From Albugo candida (Eukaryota), in NCBI GenBank assembly GCA_040437565.1, contig JBDOQK010000004.1:496001-560000 (forward strand): DNA of 64,000 nucleotides, written 5' to 3'. How positions within the stretch are numbered: the stretch's first letter is position 1; each line of letters starts with the position of its first letter. A program made the translations under genes and the position numbers. Below, one piece after another: positions 37,501-47,661 of this stretch. Under the pieces are notes generated by a model. The model searched no databases and had not been told where the DNA came from. It saw only the letters and a program-made list of their open reading frames with translations.

Positions 37501-38405
37501 CTCATCGTTTAGTTTTGAATATTAGATTCTGTCTGTTGGTGTGATTTTTGCTTGCGCTTTGTTGTATTGCAATGCGGTTTTTTGATTGTGCCGCGAAGTA
37601 TCGATGAAATTCAGTACCCGCTAAGCGCTTTACTCAAATCGATACATACTGCACGCTCGTTCTATCGACATAATCTACAAAAGCTTCCAAGCACGCAAAC
37701 TCAATTCGATCTGAGGAGAGGACAGAGAGATGTTGTGAAGCAGGGCTACGTAGTGAGTTAGACTCTATATTCCAGATGTATTTTCAAGTACTTTGCCGGT
37801 ACAACTTGTTCTAAACCATGCTAGTTCCCTCAATGTGTGGCAAAAATAGTAGGTAAGTCGACATGAATAGGCGTTTAAGCTGAGAGAAGTATACCTAATT
37901 CAATATTTCATCAATCACAACAAAAGTTTTTCTCACCGAAATTGTTGACAGGATCTTTAAATAATGATGACAAGCAAGTTAGGCTTATTCTACACACCCC
38001 TGGTTTCACATTAAAACATGACTTAGGTCAGCTTGTATAAATAAGAGTGTGTTGTGGTCACTTGTAATTAATATGCGATGGACCGGTTTGAAAGGATTAG
38101 GCAACATGTAAAATTAACCAGTTTACCTTTATCGTGTCGTTGACTATATCTTAGATATTGCGCCCTGCCGCAATCGAACGGATGAATCGCTATCGTGATT
38201 TTCAAGCGATTCACTGAGAACCAAACCTATCAGCATGTTGATTAAGAGCTAGTATACCATATAAAAGGACCCCCCCTCAGACCTTATGACCGATGCATGT
38301 TCAATACATTATGCGCCATCAATTTCCATGGTGTTGGTGTACCACCCCTTCCAAAGTCTATATCTGAACGTGAGGTCTTAAGCGCTCACTTCTCGATTTC
38401 ACGTC

Positions 38406-40796
38406 ATGCGCTTTCATAGTGTTCGGACGCTTTTGCTACTCCAATATATCAGCTGTCATATCCACCAAGCGTATTCTCAACTGAATACAGCAACTATCAC
38501 CACTAAACTCAAAAATAAGAAGCATAAGTTGCTCGCGTGTCAAAGTTGTCTTCTATCTCATGTTGGTGCACTTCGCGCCAAACTGACTCTGCAAAAATAT
38601 GGACCTGAAAACTCGAAAGTCTTGATCGAAGAATTCACAATCACTGCCACACATTCCGAATTTCTGAAGCTCTATCCACTTTGCGCATCGAAGGATTTCT
38701 GCGGTCCCATGTCCATTTCACCATCCTCAATTGTGAATCACGATCCCAACGTGGTAAACGAACAAGTGCTAGCGGACATCAAGCAACCCTCGAGTTCGCT
38801 TGGGAAAGCGCTCCAAACAGAGAGACGCAACTCGGAGATCGTATGCATTGTTCAGCCAAGCTCGAATGCTAAATGTAGAAGTTGCCTTACAGAATCCAGT
38901 GAGTCGGCATACTTGGGAGAGTTTAATATATCGACTCCGGTTACAAAGTGGAAGTTAGCCTTACACATATTCTCCACAAGGGTCCCACTTCAAGATATGG
39001 TCGATTTCTGCTTTGACAGAAAGGCATGCCCTACAAGAGCAGCCCCGATATCCGGTCAAACATGTAAACATCTGATCGGTGAAAGTCCACTGCGAGATAT
39101 TCCGTTGAACGACGATGGTGATCTGTATATCTCAAGGGACCAAGACAAGGCAGAAAGCATCATGCGAATGGTCCAAGCGCACCTCGATTCTGTCCGTTTG
39201 GAGCAGCTCTGCTTTAAAATAGACCCTGTAACCTTCGGAACCCTACGCGATCGTATAAAACGCGTTGCGCGTACAAAAAATGGAATTGCTGTTGTTTTTC
39301 AGTCAGAAAATGGACATGAACAATCCCGTCGATATTTAAGTCTTCTCATTCCGAGCGATCAAGCTTTAGTTGAGAATAAGGAATTGCAAAAAAGCAATGA
39401 CCTGGTCGAGCCTGATATTTGCAACAAGCTCAATGCAAAATATTTCAATATCGTGCCTGTAGCAGACCCGTTTCCTGACTGGGTGAGTCAGTCACATGAA
39501 AGAGCACCACAATATGGTCCGATCAGGCACCCTACGAAGTGTATTTGGGCCTTCTACCATGACAATCATACGAAAGCCTGTCATTCATGCGTGGAACGCG
39601 TGACCGTTTCCAGAAATGGAATTAAAGCCTATTTTATTTCGAAATTCTCCCCGACGTCGTCCTTACACTTCCTGCAAGGTGGCATTACAGAAACTCCACT
39701 CACTGAGTGCAACTTGAAGGCAGTGTGTTTTAATCTGGTGTTTGTTCCCGAATTCATTTGTGAACATGAGTTTGATCAAAAATCATTTCTCACAAAAGAG
39801 CAGCAAGCGGCCGAAATAGTATTGACGAGGTCGGCTGACAAGAATCAAGAGAATAAAAAACTGATGTCAGGAAGTGATCCCCTTACGTCTATATTCATTC
39901 GCAGTTCTCCAGCTCTGGCTGAGCATGCAAAAGCGGCACGATTATTCGTAAAAAACATCGATCTCACTTCAAAAGTGATTCAAAGACGCACAGCTCACAG
40001 TGCTTCAGCAGATAAACTCACTGTATCTGCTGCAAAGCGTACCCAAGTGTCGAAATCCAAAACGCCTTGCTCGGAAAGAAATGTCATGTTGATTCGATAC
40101 GATTATGCAAATCATCAAACATGTTTAGAATCTCTTGCGCTGAAGTACGATGTATTGATGATTTCACCTTCGAATCAATACATCTGGATGATATGCGAGC
40201 ACGAAAAAATTATTTCCGGTGATGGATGCAACGATATAAGCATTGTGTTCTGGTTGCAGCGCGATGTCGATGTTTTGCGAACAGTGTCTGCTTACAGCGT
40301 GAGAAATCACTTTCCCGTGACAGCCACACCCCCCGTTCATGCTGAAATATATAAGAGCCAACAGCGGTCCAATGTTTTCAGTTATAAGGTCGAAAGCCCG
40401 AATCAGATCGTCGCGAAGAAGACAACGCTGCCGAGAAAAAGATATGCCAACGGAGTGAAACGAGCTATGATGGTTAAACCAGGTACGACGTCTAAAGAAA
40501 GCATCGACGTTGTATGTGACGAGGACGAGGAAGAGGAAGAGGACGACGACGATGAGGACTACACCATTCGGAGAGTCCGACGTCGTGGTCGTGGTCGTGG
40601 TCGTGGTCGAAGTCGTGGTCGAAGTCGAGAAGAGGCAATATCAACATCTCGAAAGGGAGGCAGGAAAGCGAGCAGGAGTGGTGAAGACAGTCCATCAAAA
40701 GAGAATAGTGACTCGGTGGGAAAAGATCCGCTTCACTTTCTACATAATGTACCGAAAAAAGAGAGAACGCCGACGGAAGTAGTACCGAAGAGATAG
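38406..40796 (+). CDS. Secreted CCG-class effector candidate, copy 4
   Basis: Signal peptide MRFHSVRTLLLLQYISC and CQSCLLSHVG. 796 aa, complete, with an acidic tract followed by RRVRRRGRGRGRGRSRGRSR. Confidence 0.87.
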   Translation: MRFHSVRTLLLLQYISCHIHQAYSQLNTATITTKLKNKKHKLLACQSCLLSHVGALRAKLTLQKYGPENSKVLIEEFTITATHSEFLKLYPLCASKDFCGPMSISPSSIVNHDPNVVNEQVLADIKQPSSSLGKALQTERRNSEIVCIVQPSSNAKCRSCLTESSESAYLGEFNISTPVTKWKLALHIFSTRVPLQDMVDFCFDRKACPTRAAPISGQTCKHLIGESPLRDIPLNDDGDLYISRDQDKAESIMRMVQAHLDSVRLEQLCFKIDPVTFGTLRDRIKRVARTKNGIAVVFQSENGHEQSRRYLSLLIPSDQALVENKELQKSNDLVEPDICNKLNAKYFNIVPVADPFPDWVSQSHERAPQYGPIRHPTKCIWAFYHDNHTKACHSCVERVTVSRNGIKAYFISKFSPTSSLHFLQGGITETPLTECNLKAVCFNLVFVPEFICEHEFDQKSFLTKEQQAAEIVLTRSADKNQENKKLMSGSDPLTSIFIRSSPALAEHAKAARLFVKNIDLTSKVIQRRTAHSASADKLTVSAAKRTQVSKSKTPCSERNVMLIRYDYANHQTCLESLALKYDVLMISPSNQYIWMICEHEKIISGDGCNDISIVFWLQRDVDVLRTVSAYSVRNHFPVTATPPVHAEIYKSQQRSNVFSYKVESPNQIVAKKTTLPRKRYANGVKRAMMVKPGTTSKESIDVVCDEDEEEEEDDDDEDYTIRRVRRRGRGRGRGRSRGRSREEAISTSRKGGRKASRSGEDSPSKENSDSVGKDPLHFLHNVPKKERTPTEVVPKR
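40583..40628 (+). repeat. Coding hexamer repeat (CGTGGT/CGAAGT)n encoding an RG/RS tract
   Basis: CGTGGT x4 followed by CGAAGT CGTGGT CGAAGT is directly visible. Confidence 0.85.
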
Positions 40797-41944
40797 TTCC
40801 AAAACTCGGGTCCATTTGCTTCCTCAATTATAAAGTTGAAAGATGGCATTGACAGGAATCGTCGTTAATATCAAGGATATTAAGAGCTTTAGCATCTACT
40901 TTACCAAATATGACTGACCTATTATGAGGATACCTATGCGTTGAGCAGCGGCTGAGTGCTTGTCAAAGCACACCATCGTGTAGGCGCCCTTATCGCCTTC
41001 CTAATATGATGTGATCGTCACTTTGATCTTCGATCCTTGCTCGAAAANNNNNNNNNNNNNNNNNNNNNNNNNNNNNNNNNNNNNNNNNNNNNNNNNNNNN
41101 NNNNNNNNNNNNNNNNNNNNNNNNNNNNNNNNNNNNNNNNNNNNNNNGCATCTACTTTACCAAATATGACTGACCTATTATGAGGATACCTATGCGTTGA
41201 GCAGCGGCTGAGTGCTTGTCAAAGCACACCATCGTGTAGGCGCCCTTATCGCCTTCCTAATATGATGTGATCGTCACTTTGATCTTCGATCCTTGCTCGA
41301 AAAGTATTTGCGTGACAAATCAAAATCAACGGTGTCTCACAAGTGATGGTGGCTACCAGATTGGCGAAGAAAAATGCATTTTCTACATAATTCCGAGGTC
41401 TAGAGAGGGAATTGTGTAAGTAGCTTGTACCGGAGTGTTCAAAGGACCAAGGCAAATATTTGTGCGCTTGTAGCCTGTAGCATCTACGTGTAGGAAAGTT
41501 GGCATTCTTACTGTCGTGAAAAATCAAGCTTGTTTACGGTATAATCCACATTATACATGATTGCATTATAAAGCATACAACACAAAGGTACTTTTCTGTC
41601 GGGAAGGTGGAGATGCTATTATTGAGAATCCGCGCCGATTTATAATAAGATATACACATGCACCTTGGTCGTAATATTCAAAAAATCCATGATGATAGAA
41701 CGTGTGCGTGAGTTCGATCATAGTCAGACGCTGTAGAATTTCTACTCTTACAAGACGATTTTTTGCACGTCAGTCTGAGCCACAATTATAAACCATGTCA
41801 ATGATGTAGTTTTCTCCCCTATCATTGTAACCGCTGCTGAAATACCAAAGTAATTCTCATTGATCCTACTGAGGCAACAAAAGATGTAGAAACTTCATCG
41901 ATTGCGCTCACTGAAATAGGTAACAATAAGATGTACGAATTCTG

Positions 41945-44900
41945 TCACTTTCGACATTTACCACCGGAAACTCTCGTTCCTTGACAGTGCGCCAAAGCTG
42001 ATAAAGACGGCGATTGAAGTGTGAAGTTCCCAATCCCCAGTGGCGCTTCCAAGGAAATAGTCGAAATATGCGCTCTTGGAGCTTCATTATTTGCATTTGA
42101 GGACGCAGAGTTCGCTATCGACCCCAATGACGTTGTAAGACTTCCAGTAACACGTCGTATTTTCCTTGTATCGAGCATGTAACTTGCTTTTATCGCACTA
42201 CTTTCACATCCTTTCACAGGAGAATGTACGGGTACACTTTCCAAGGCCGCAGTCTCAACCTCGATGATAGGGACAGCTGGTTCCTTCAACCGGATGGCCT
42301 GTACTTCAAACATTCGGCTCATCGCTGACTGTGATCCCTCTTGTAAGGACATGATTTTCTGTGCCCGTACTCTCTCGTCACGAGTGATTTCTCTGCCATC
42401 CAGAAACTCGAGACAATGAAGTTTGGAGATCAAACTTGGCCGATACAGTTGTCGTTTTACCACTCCATTCCCTAAAAGTCGAAGTCGAACTAAATTCGGA
42501 GGAAGACTCGAACTTTTCATCGACATCGTATTGTCATCAATTGGTCCCATGACCTCGATATCGTCGAGGTCGTTGATGCGATTAAAGCTGAGATTAAGTA
42601 CTTCAAGACGAAATAAATGGTAGAAATACTGGACCGTACGAAGTGAGTTGCTCTCCAAATTAAGAGTTTGTAGTTGAGATCCAATAGCTGCCAGGGAAGT
42701 CGAATCGATCTGATGGATAGCATTGCCTTCCAACTGTAGCTCTTTCAATGTTATATTGAATTCCAAACCAGCGAGGAATTTAATGCTGTTATGATCTAGC
42801 TGGAGCTGATCAAGCGATACGAGGTAACAGAGGCCCAAAGTGCGCATGTCATAGATTTTATTGTACGATAATTGAAGTTTTTGGATAAGAGGGAACGCAA
42901 AAATTCCTTTTTGTTCATCTTTGAGCTGATGGATGCACGCTGCATTGATGTCTGGATTAAAATTCTGCATTCTGGGAAGTAAACTTTCGATCCGATTTCG
43001 CTTCAGATTGAGAACACGAAGTCGTGTTAGCCTTTCAAGCCCGTCGATATTTGTCAAGCGATTGTTCTCCAAGTCCAGCGAAGTTAGGAGTGGCAAATTT
43101 GTGCCAGTCAGAACCTGTTCAAGACTGCGGAGGCGGCAAGAAGATAGATTGATGTGTTGCAAAACTGCAAATCGTTGCATCATATCCTGATTGATGATCA
43201 AAGAGGCTTCGTTATGTAGGTTTGCACTAGAATATGAAGCGTTGGGGAGTAGCATCTCCAGCATCAATTTCCCGTTATAACGCTGTTTGGCCTCATGAAA
43301 TTCCTCTAAAGTAATGACCCGAAAATCTAAAACTTGCACTCGACGGAGGTTGAATATTGTATACAGTCGATACCGAAGCTCGATTTCAGCTGTTGTTATG
43401 TCCTCTGCCTCTATAGGGATCCAAGGATTTCCAAGAAGTTCGAGAACAACAAGGTTTGGGAAGACCTTGAGAGCTGCGATTTCGCTCATGTTGGAGAGCT
43501 TATTGAGACCAAGATAAAGTTCCAATAGCTCTGACGAATGCTCCATCTCTGACCCAACACAATTGGTTTGAATCAAACTGAGACTGTCAAGTGAAGCAAT
43601 GCAGTTTTCTTCCAACGAGAGCGTCCGTAGCTTCTTCAAGTTTTGAACATTGGGAAAGCTTGTTAGCTGATTTCGTGCAAGGTGAAGTACACGGAGGTTC
43701 TGCAGGTACGGTAAATCGTCGTTGACATATATAAGGGCGTTGTTCTCTGCGTGTAGCTCTTCCAAACATATACATTCGTGAAGTACGTCCAAGCTTACGA
43801 GGTCTGTATCATTCACGGAAAGTATGCGAAGGTTCGATTGAAAATATCGTGAGCGGATGAGCTGATGGTCCAGGAAAAGCTCTACGCGTTGCTTTGTATT
43901 CTCTATGATTTCGGCACCATTACCGGAAACAAATTGAGTGACTCTAACAAGCTCCTGCAGAGTTACGCGCTTATAGTTCAAACTTTCCAACTTGGGACTG
44001 GCGGAACACACCCGAACGCGGAATTGGTTCGTCATACAGAGCGGATTGTTTTGGACGCACAAATGTGTCAGCTGAGTCAGATTGGCTATATCCAAATCTT
44101 CAAAGTAGGAAATTTTATTGTGACTCAAATCGAGCTTTCTGACATTTGGAAAAAGCCCCTTCATAAAAAGTCTTTCGATCTGATTATGGGCAAGATTGAG
44201 ATGATCAAGTCTCTCAAAGCATGCATCGACTTTAAGAAAGGCATCACTTGTCAAATCGTTATTGCAAAGTACCAGAGCTTCCAAATAACTAAAGTTTGTG
44301 GCTGATAAAGAGTTGGGAAGTGATGTCAATTTACATCCAAAAAGACTGAGGTACTTAATGCTGTTTGGGAAAATCCTTGTTTGCAGACACTTTAGCGAAT
44401 TTAGTTGCGCGAAATCTCTTGCATGTGAATCGGGCAATGGCTCCATTTGTATCAATTCCTTCGCTGAGGCTAACGAATCTGATAGATCTGAAGACACTTT
44501 ATCGTGAAAAGGTGAAGAACTGGAAGACTTTAAGATCGCATCGATATGGCTACAGGCTTTTTCTCTATTCCCATTGCTCGCTTTCGTCGGATTCGGAGTA
44601 TACCGAAACGCAATAATATATACCGGAAAAACAATGGCGGTATCTATAACGCGAAACGAATTCCCTTTTAAATCTCCTGTTGCTGCTGTAGAGATTGTTT
44701 GTATCGTGTGAACACCAGGGTAATCGCAAGCATTAACACCCTTCAACACATCAGTTGATTTACAAACCACAGTATAGCCAGGGAAGAGCTTGGCGATCAA
44801 GAGGTACCCAATTGATACGATATACTTCTCCTCACGTGCATCCTTCATTGTGGTCTCACCTTCTTGCGGGGGAACTTGATCGTACAGTTCGAATTTCGTG

Positions 44901-47536
44901 ATGTGTGAGGCTATGACGTCACCAGGACAAGTGCTGAATAACATGTCCTTCAGCTGTGCCGACGAGAAACCATTTTCGATAATACTGGTGAGCTCTGATA
45001 AATCATCGAGCCTACCGGGACAATCAGTGATAATGTTTGTACAAGCCACATACTCCACTGACTGCTTCAGGATAGCTTCAGGATGACGTTGGACCTTCAC
45101 TTCGACCTCACAAGGCTCTCCACATTCAACATCCGACAAATCAGAATCATCATCATCTTTATTCTCTGCAGCCAAAATTTTGCCTGCTTTCTCCGAGCCT
45201 GACGAAAAGGTTGTTACACCCCTTTTGGAGATATTCGGCTTGATTATGGTATCGGTAACACTACGAATAGAGTCTTTTGTCTCGTGAAAACGAGATTTGA
45301 GATACTTATTAGTTATTCTTGTGACTCGAGTCACGCGAATACGATCGAACATCTGATTAAGCGGGTTTGAATGGTTTGCTACNNNNNNNNNNNNNNNNNN
45401 NNNNNNNNNNNNNNNNNNNNNNNNNNNNNNNNNNNNNNNNNNNNNNNNNNNNNNNNNNNNNNNNNNNNNNNNNNNNNNNNNNTTCCCATTGCTCGCTTTC
45501 GTCGGATTCGGAGTATACCGAAACGCAATAATATATACCGGAAAAACAATGGCGGTATCTATAACGCGAAACGAATTCCCTTTTAAATCTCCTGTTGCTG
45601 CTGTAGAGATTGTTTGTATCGTGTGAACACCAGGGTAATCGCAAGCATTAACACCCTTCAACACATCAGTTGATTTACAAACCACAGTATAGCCAGGGAA
45701 GAGCTTGGCGATCAAGAGGTACCCAATTGATACGATATACTTCTCCTCACGTGCATCCTTCATTGTGGTCTCACCTTCTTGCGGGGGAACTTGATCGTAC
45801 AGTTCGAATTTCGTGATGTGTGAGGCTATGACGTCACCAGGACAAGTGCTGAATAACATGTCCTTCAGCTGTGCCGACGAGAAACCATTTTCGATAATAC
45901 TGGTGAGCTCTGATAAATCATCGAGCCTACCGGGACAATCAGTGATAATGTTTGTACAAGCCACATACTCCACTGACTGCTTCAGGATAGCTTCAGGATG
46001 ACGTTGGACCTTCACTTCGACCTCACAAGGCTCTCCACATTCAACATCCGACAAATCAGAATCATCATCATCTTTATTCTCTGCAGCCAAAATTTTGCCT
46101 GCTTTCTCCGAGCCTGACGAAAAGGTTGTTACACCCCTTTTGGAGATATTCGGCTTGATTATGGTATCGGTAACACTACGAATAGAGTCTTTTGTCTCGT
46201 GAAAACGAGATTTGAGATACTTATTAGTTATTCTTGTGACTCGAGTCACGCGAATACGATCGAACATCTGATTAAGCGGGTTTGAATGGTTTGCTACTTG
46301 TAGCAAATCGAGAACTTCTTGATACCATTTCTCATCGCCTTTTCCATCTTCCAACTTGACATCTCCGCCAGTGTCAAATTCCAGCAATAAGCGATCAATT
46401 TGCATCTTGGAAGCTCTCTCAAGATGATTCCGGATAGTCTCAACTCGAGAGTGATAAGCGTTATGCATATGTCGGAGATCTCTCTCGTGAGCTTCGATCA
46501 TGTGAACTTTTTCAGCGATTTGAGCCGTGTCACCTGCAAATTCCTCATCTTCCATACAATTCCAAAGATCGTATTTGTGGCGTTGGAGACTAGCGAGGAT
46601 ATTCTCAATCGCGTTAAGGTCCTTCCTGCTTGCTTTCTCTAGCATTAGGATTTGCTGTTGAAGCTCGCGACGTGCTTTCTTGATTTCTACGTTGTAGAAA
46701 AGTCTCTTCTTTATCATTGTTTTATCAGCAACTTCCCTTTGTCGTGGGGATATTTGCATCGTGTCGAGATATTGCAGAGATTCACCAAGATGATAAAGTG
46801 CGTATGTCTGGTAATTGCTACTTTTACAGATATAATTTGAGCCAAAATGAGCGTCTTGGAGACAAAAAGATGTCAATTTCGTAAGACCTGCAAGTCCGCA
46901 TAATGTTTTGAAAGTGAAGATACGGTTATCAGCGACATTGAGCTCGATCAAGTCTTGATTCGCTTCCAGAGATTCACCGATTGTTTCAATCCGATTTCGA
47001 CATAGCCAAAGCTCTCTCAGCTTTCTTAACTCGGACACGTTTGTTATCGTAGAGAGCTTATTGTCATTAAGCCAAAGCTTCTCTAAATTCAATAGCGATG
47101 AAAGACATTCTCCCATCAGTGAGATGCTGTTGGAGCTCAAATTCAAATCTCGTAAATTTCGACACTCAGCGATGCTTTCGGGCATCTCCGTCAAGCTGCA
47201 TTCAGTGACGCACAATGTCTCCAATTGTGGACAGTGGCTGATGCCTTCGATACAACTGATATTCGGACAAGCGATAATTGAGAGCTTTTGGAGAGCTGTA
47301 AAGTGCTCAACAGGCTTCATACAGCGCCAACACCCAAGAAACATGTCCAGTTCGGTGATTGTGTGTGAGGTATTCACAAACGCTGCGGGACTGATTCCAT
47401 TACTATTGCATAGTTCTTGTAAGTCTAGGCTGTTTCCAAAGAATTGCATCTCATGGCTCTCTATTGTCATCTGTACATCCATTCCAGTCTCGATCATTCC
47501 ATCTTCCCCGTTTGTGGTATCCGTGACGGCGTTCAT
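41945..47536 (-). CDS. LRRC9: Leucine-rich repeat-containing protein 9 orthologue (SDS22-like LRRs; cilium-associated family)
   Basis: N-terminus LQELCNSNGI...ELDMF, LRR arrays, LQDAHFGSNYIC..SNYQTYALYHL...LDT and KKRLFYN match my recollection of LRRC9. About 1558 aa after removing the 915-nt gap/overlap duplication. Confidence 0.82.
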   Translation of the reverse strand: MNAVTDTTNGEDGMIETGMDVQMTIESHEMQFFGNSLDLQELCNSNGISPAAFVNTSHTITELDMFLGCWRCMKPVEHFTALQKLSIIACPNISCIEGISHCPQLETLCVTECSLTEMPESIAECRNLRDLNLSSNSISLMGECLSSLLNLEKLWLNDNKLSTITNVSELRKLRELWLCRNRIETIGESLEANQDLIELNVADNRIFTFKTLCGLAGLTKLTSFCLQDAHFGSNYICKSSNYQTYALYHLGESLQYLDTMQISPRQREVADKTMIKKRLFYNVEIKKARRELQQQILMLEKASRKDLNAIENILASLQRHKYDLWNCMEDEEFAGDTAQIAEKVHMIEAHERDLRHMHNAYHSRVETIRNHLERASKMQIDRLLLEFDTGGDVKLEDGKGDEKWYQEVLDLLQVANHSNPLNQMFDRIRVTRVTRITNKYLKSRFHETKDSIRSVTDTIIKPNISKRGVTTFSSGSEKAGKILAAENKDDDDSDLSDVECGEPCEVEVKVQRHPEAILKQSVEYVACTNIITDCPGRLDDLSELTSIIENGFSSAQLKDMLFSTCPGDVIASHITKFELYDQVPPQEGETTMKDAREEKYIVSIGYLLIAKLFPGYTVVCKSTDVLKGVNACDYPGVHTIQTISTAATGDLKGNSFRVIDTAIVFPVYIIAFRYTPNPTKASNGXXXXXXXXXXXXXXXXXXXXXXXXXXXXXXXXXXVANHSNPLNQMFDRIRVTRVTRITNKYLKSRFHETKDSIRSVTDTIIKPNISKRGVTTFSSGSEKAGKILAAENKDDDDSDLSDVECGEPCEVEVKVQRHPEAILKQSVEYVACTNIITDCPGRLDDLSELTSIIENGFSSAQLKDMLFSTCPGDVIASHITKFELYDQVPPQEGETTMKDAREEKYIVSIGYLLIAKLFPGYTVVCKSTDVLKGVNACDYPGVHTIQTISTAATGDLKGNSFRVIDTAIVFPVYIIAFRYTPNPTKASNGNREKACSHIDAILKSSSSSPFHDKVSSDLSDSLASAKELIQMEPLPDSHARDFAQLNSLKCLQTRIFPNSIKYLSLFGCKLTSLPNSLSATNFSYLEALVLCNNDLTSDAFLKVDACFERLDHLNLAHNQIERLFMKGLFPNVRKLDLSHNKISYFEDLDIANLTQLTHLCVQNNPLCMTNQFRVRVCSASPKLESLNYKRVTLQELVRVTQFVSGNGAEIIENTKQRVELFLDHQLIRSRYFQSNLRILSVNDTDLVSLDVLHECICLEELHAENNALIYVNDDLPYLQNLRVLHLARNQLTSFPNVQNLKKLRTLSLEENCIASLDSLSLIQTNCVGSEMEHSSELLELYLGLNKLSNMSEIAALKVFPNLVVLELLGNPWIPIEAEDITTAEIELRYRLYTIFNLRRVQVLDFRVITLEEFHEAKQRYNGKLMLEMLLPNASYSSANLHNEASLIINQDMMQRFAVLQHINLSSCRLRSLEQVLTGTNLPLLTSLDLENNRLTNIDGLERLTRLRVLNLKRNRIESLLPRMQNFNPDINAACIHQLKDEQKGIFAFPLIQKLQLSYNKIYDMRTLGLCYLVSLDQLQLDHNSIKFLAGLEFNITLKELQLEGNAIHQIDSTSLAAIGSQLQTLNLESNSLRTVQYFYHLFRLEVLNLSFNRINDLDDIEVMGPIDDNTMSMKSSSLPPNLVRLRLLGNGVVKRQLYRPSLISKLHCLEFLDGREITRDERVRAQKIMSLQEGSQSAMSRMFEVQAIRLKEPAVPIIEVETAALESVPVHSPVKGCESSAIKASYMLDTRKIRRVTGSLTTSLGSIANSASSNANNEAPRAHISTISLEAPLGIGNFTLQSPSLSALAHCQGTRVSGGKCRK

Positions 47537-47661
47537 CCTCCTAAAGGCTTCCTAAATCACAATTTATGTATCACGGATTTATTTATTCCGTTACAAGACG
47601 CCAGAAATGAGAGCCAATGACAAATTCGCGACACAAAACGAGCTACAGAACCGAACTATCG

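Noticed and set aside
20607-40796. RXLR or Crinkler (LFLAK) assignment for the secreted paralogues
   Set aside because: No RXLR-dEER or LFLAK/HVLV motif follows the signal peptide; the CxxCxxxxxG motif fits the CCG class.
44568-46297. Apparent internal domain duplication in LRRC9 (also in the hAT protein, myotubularin and kinase)
   Set aside because: The copies appear identical and sit either side of a 100-N gap, so they are contig-overlap artefacts rather than biology.
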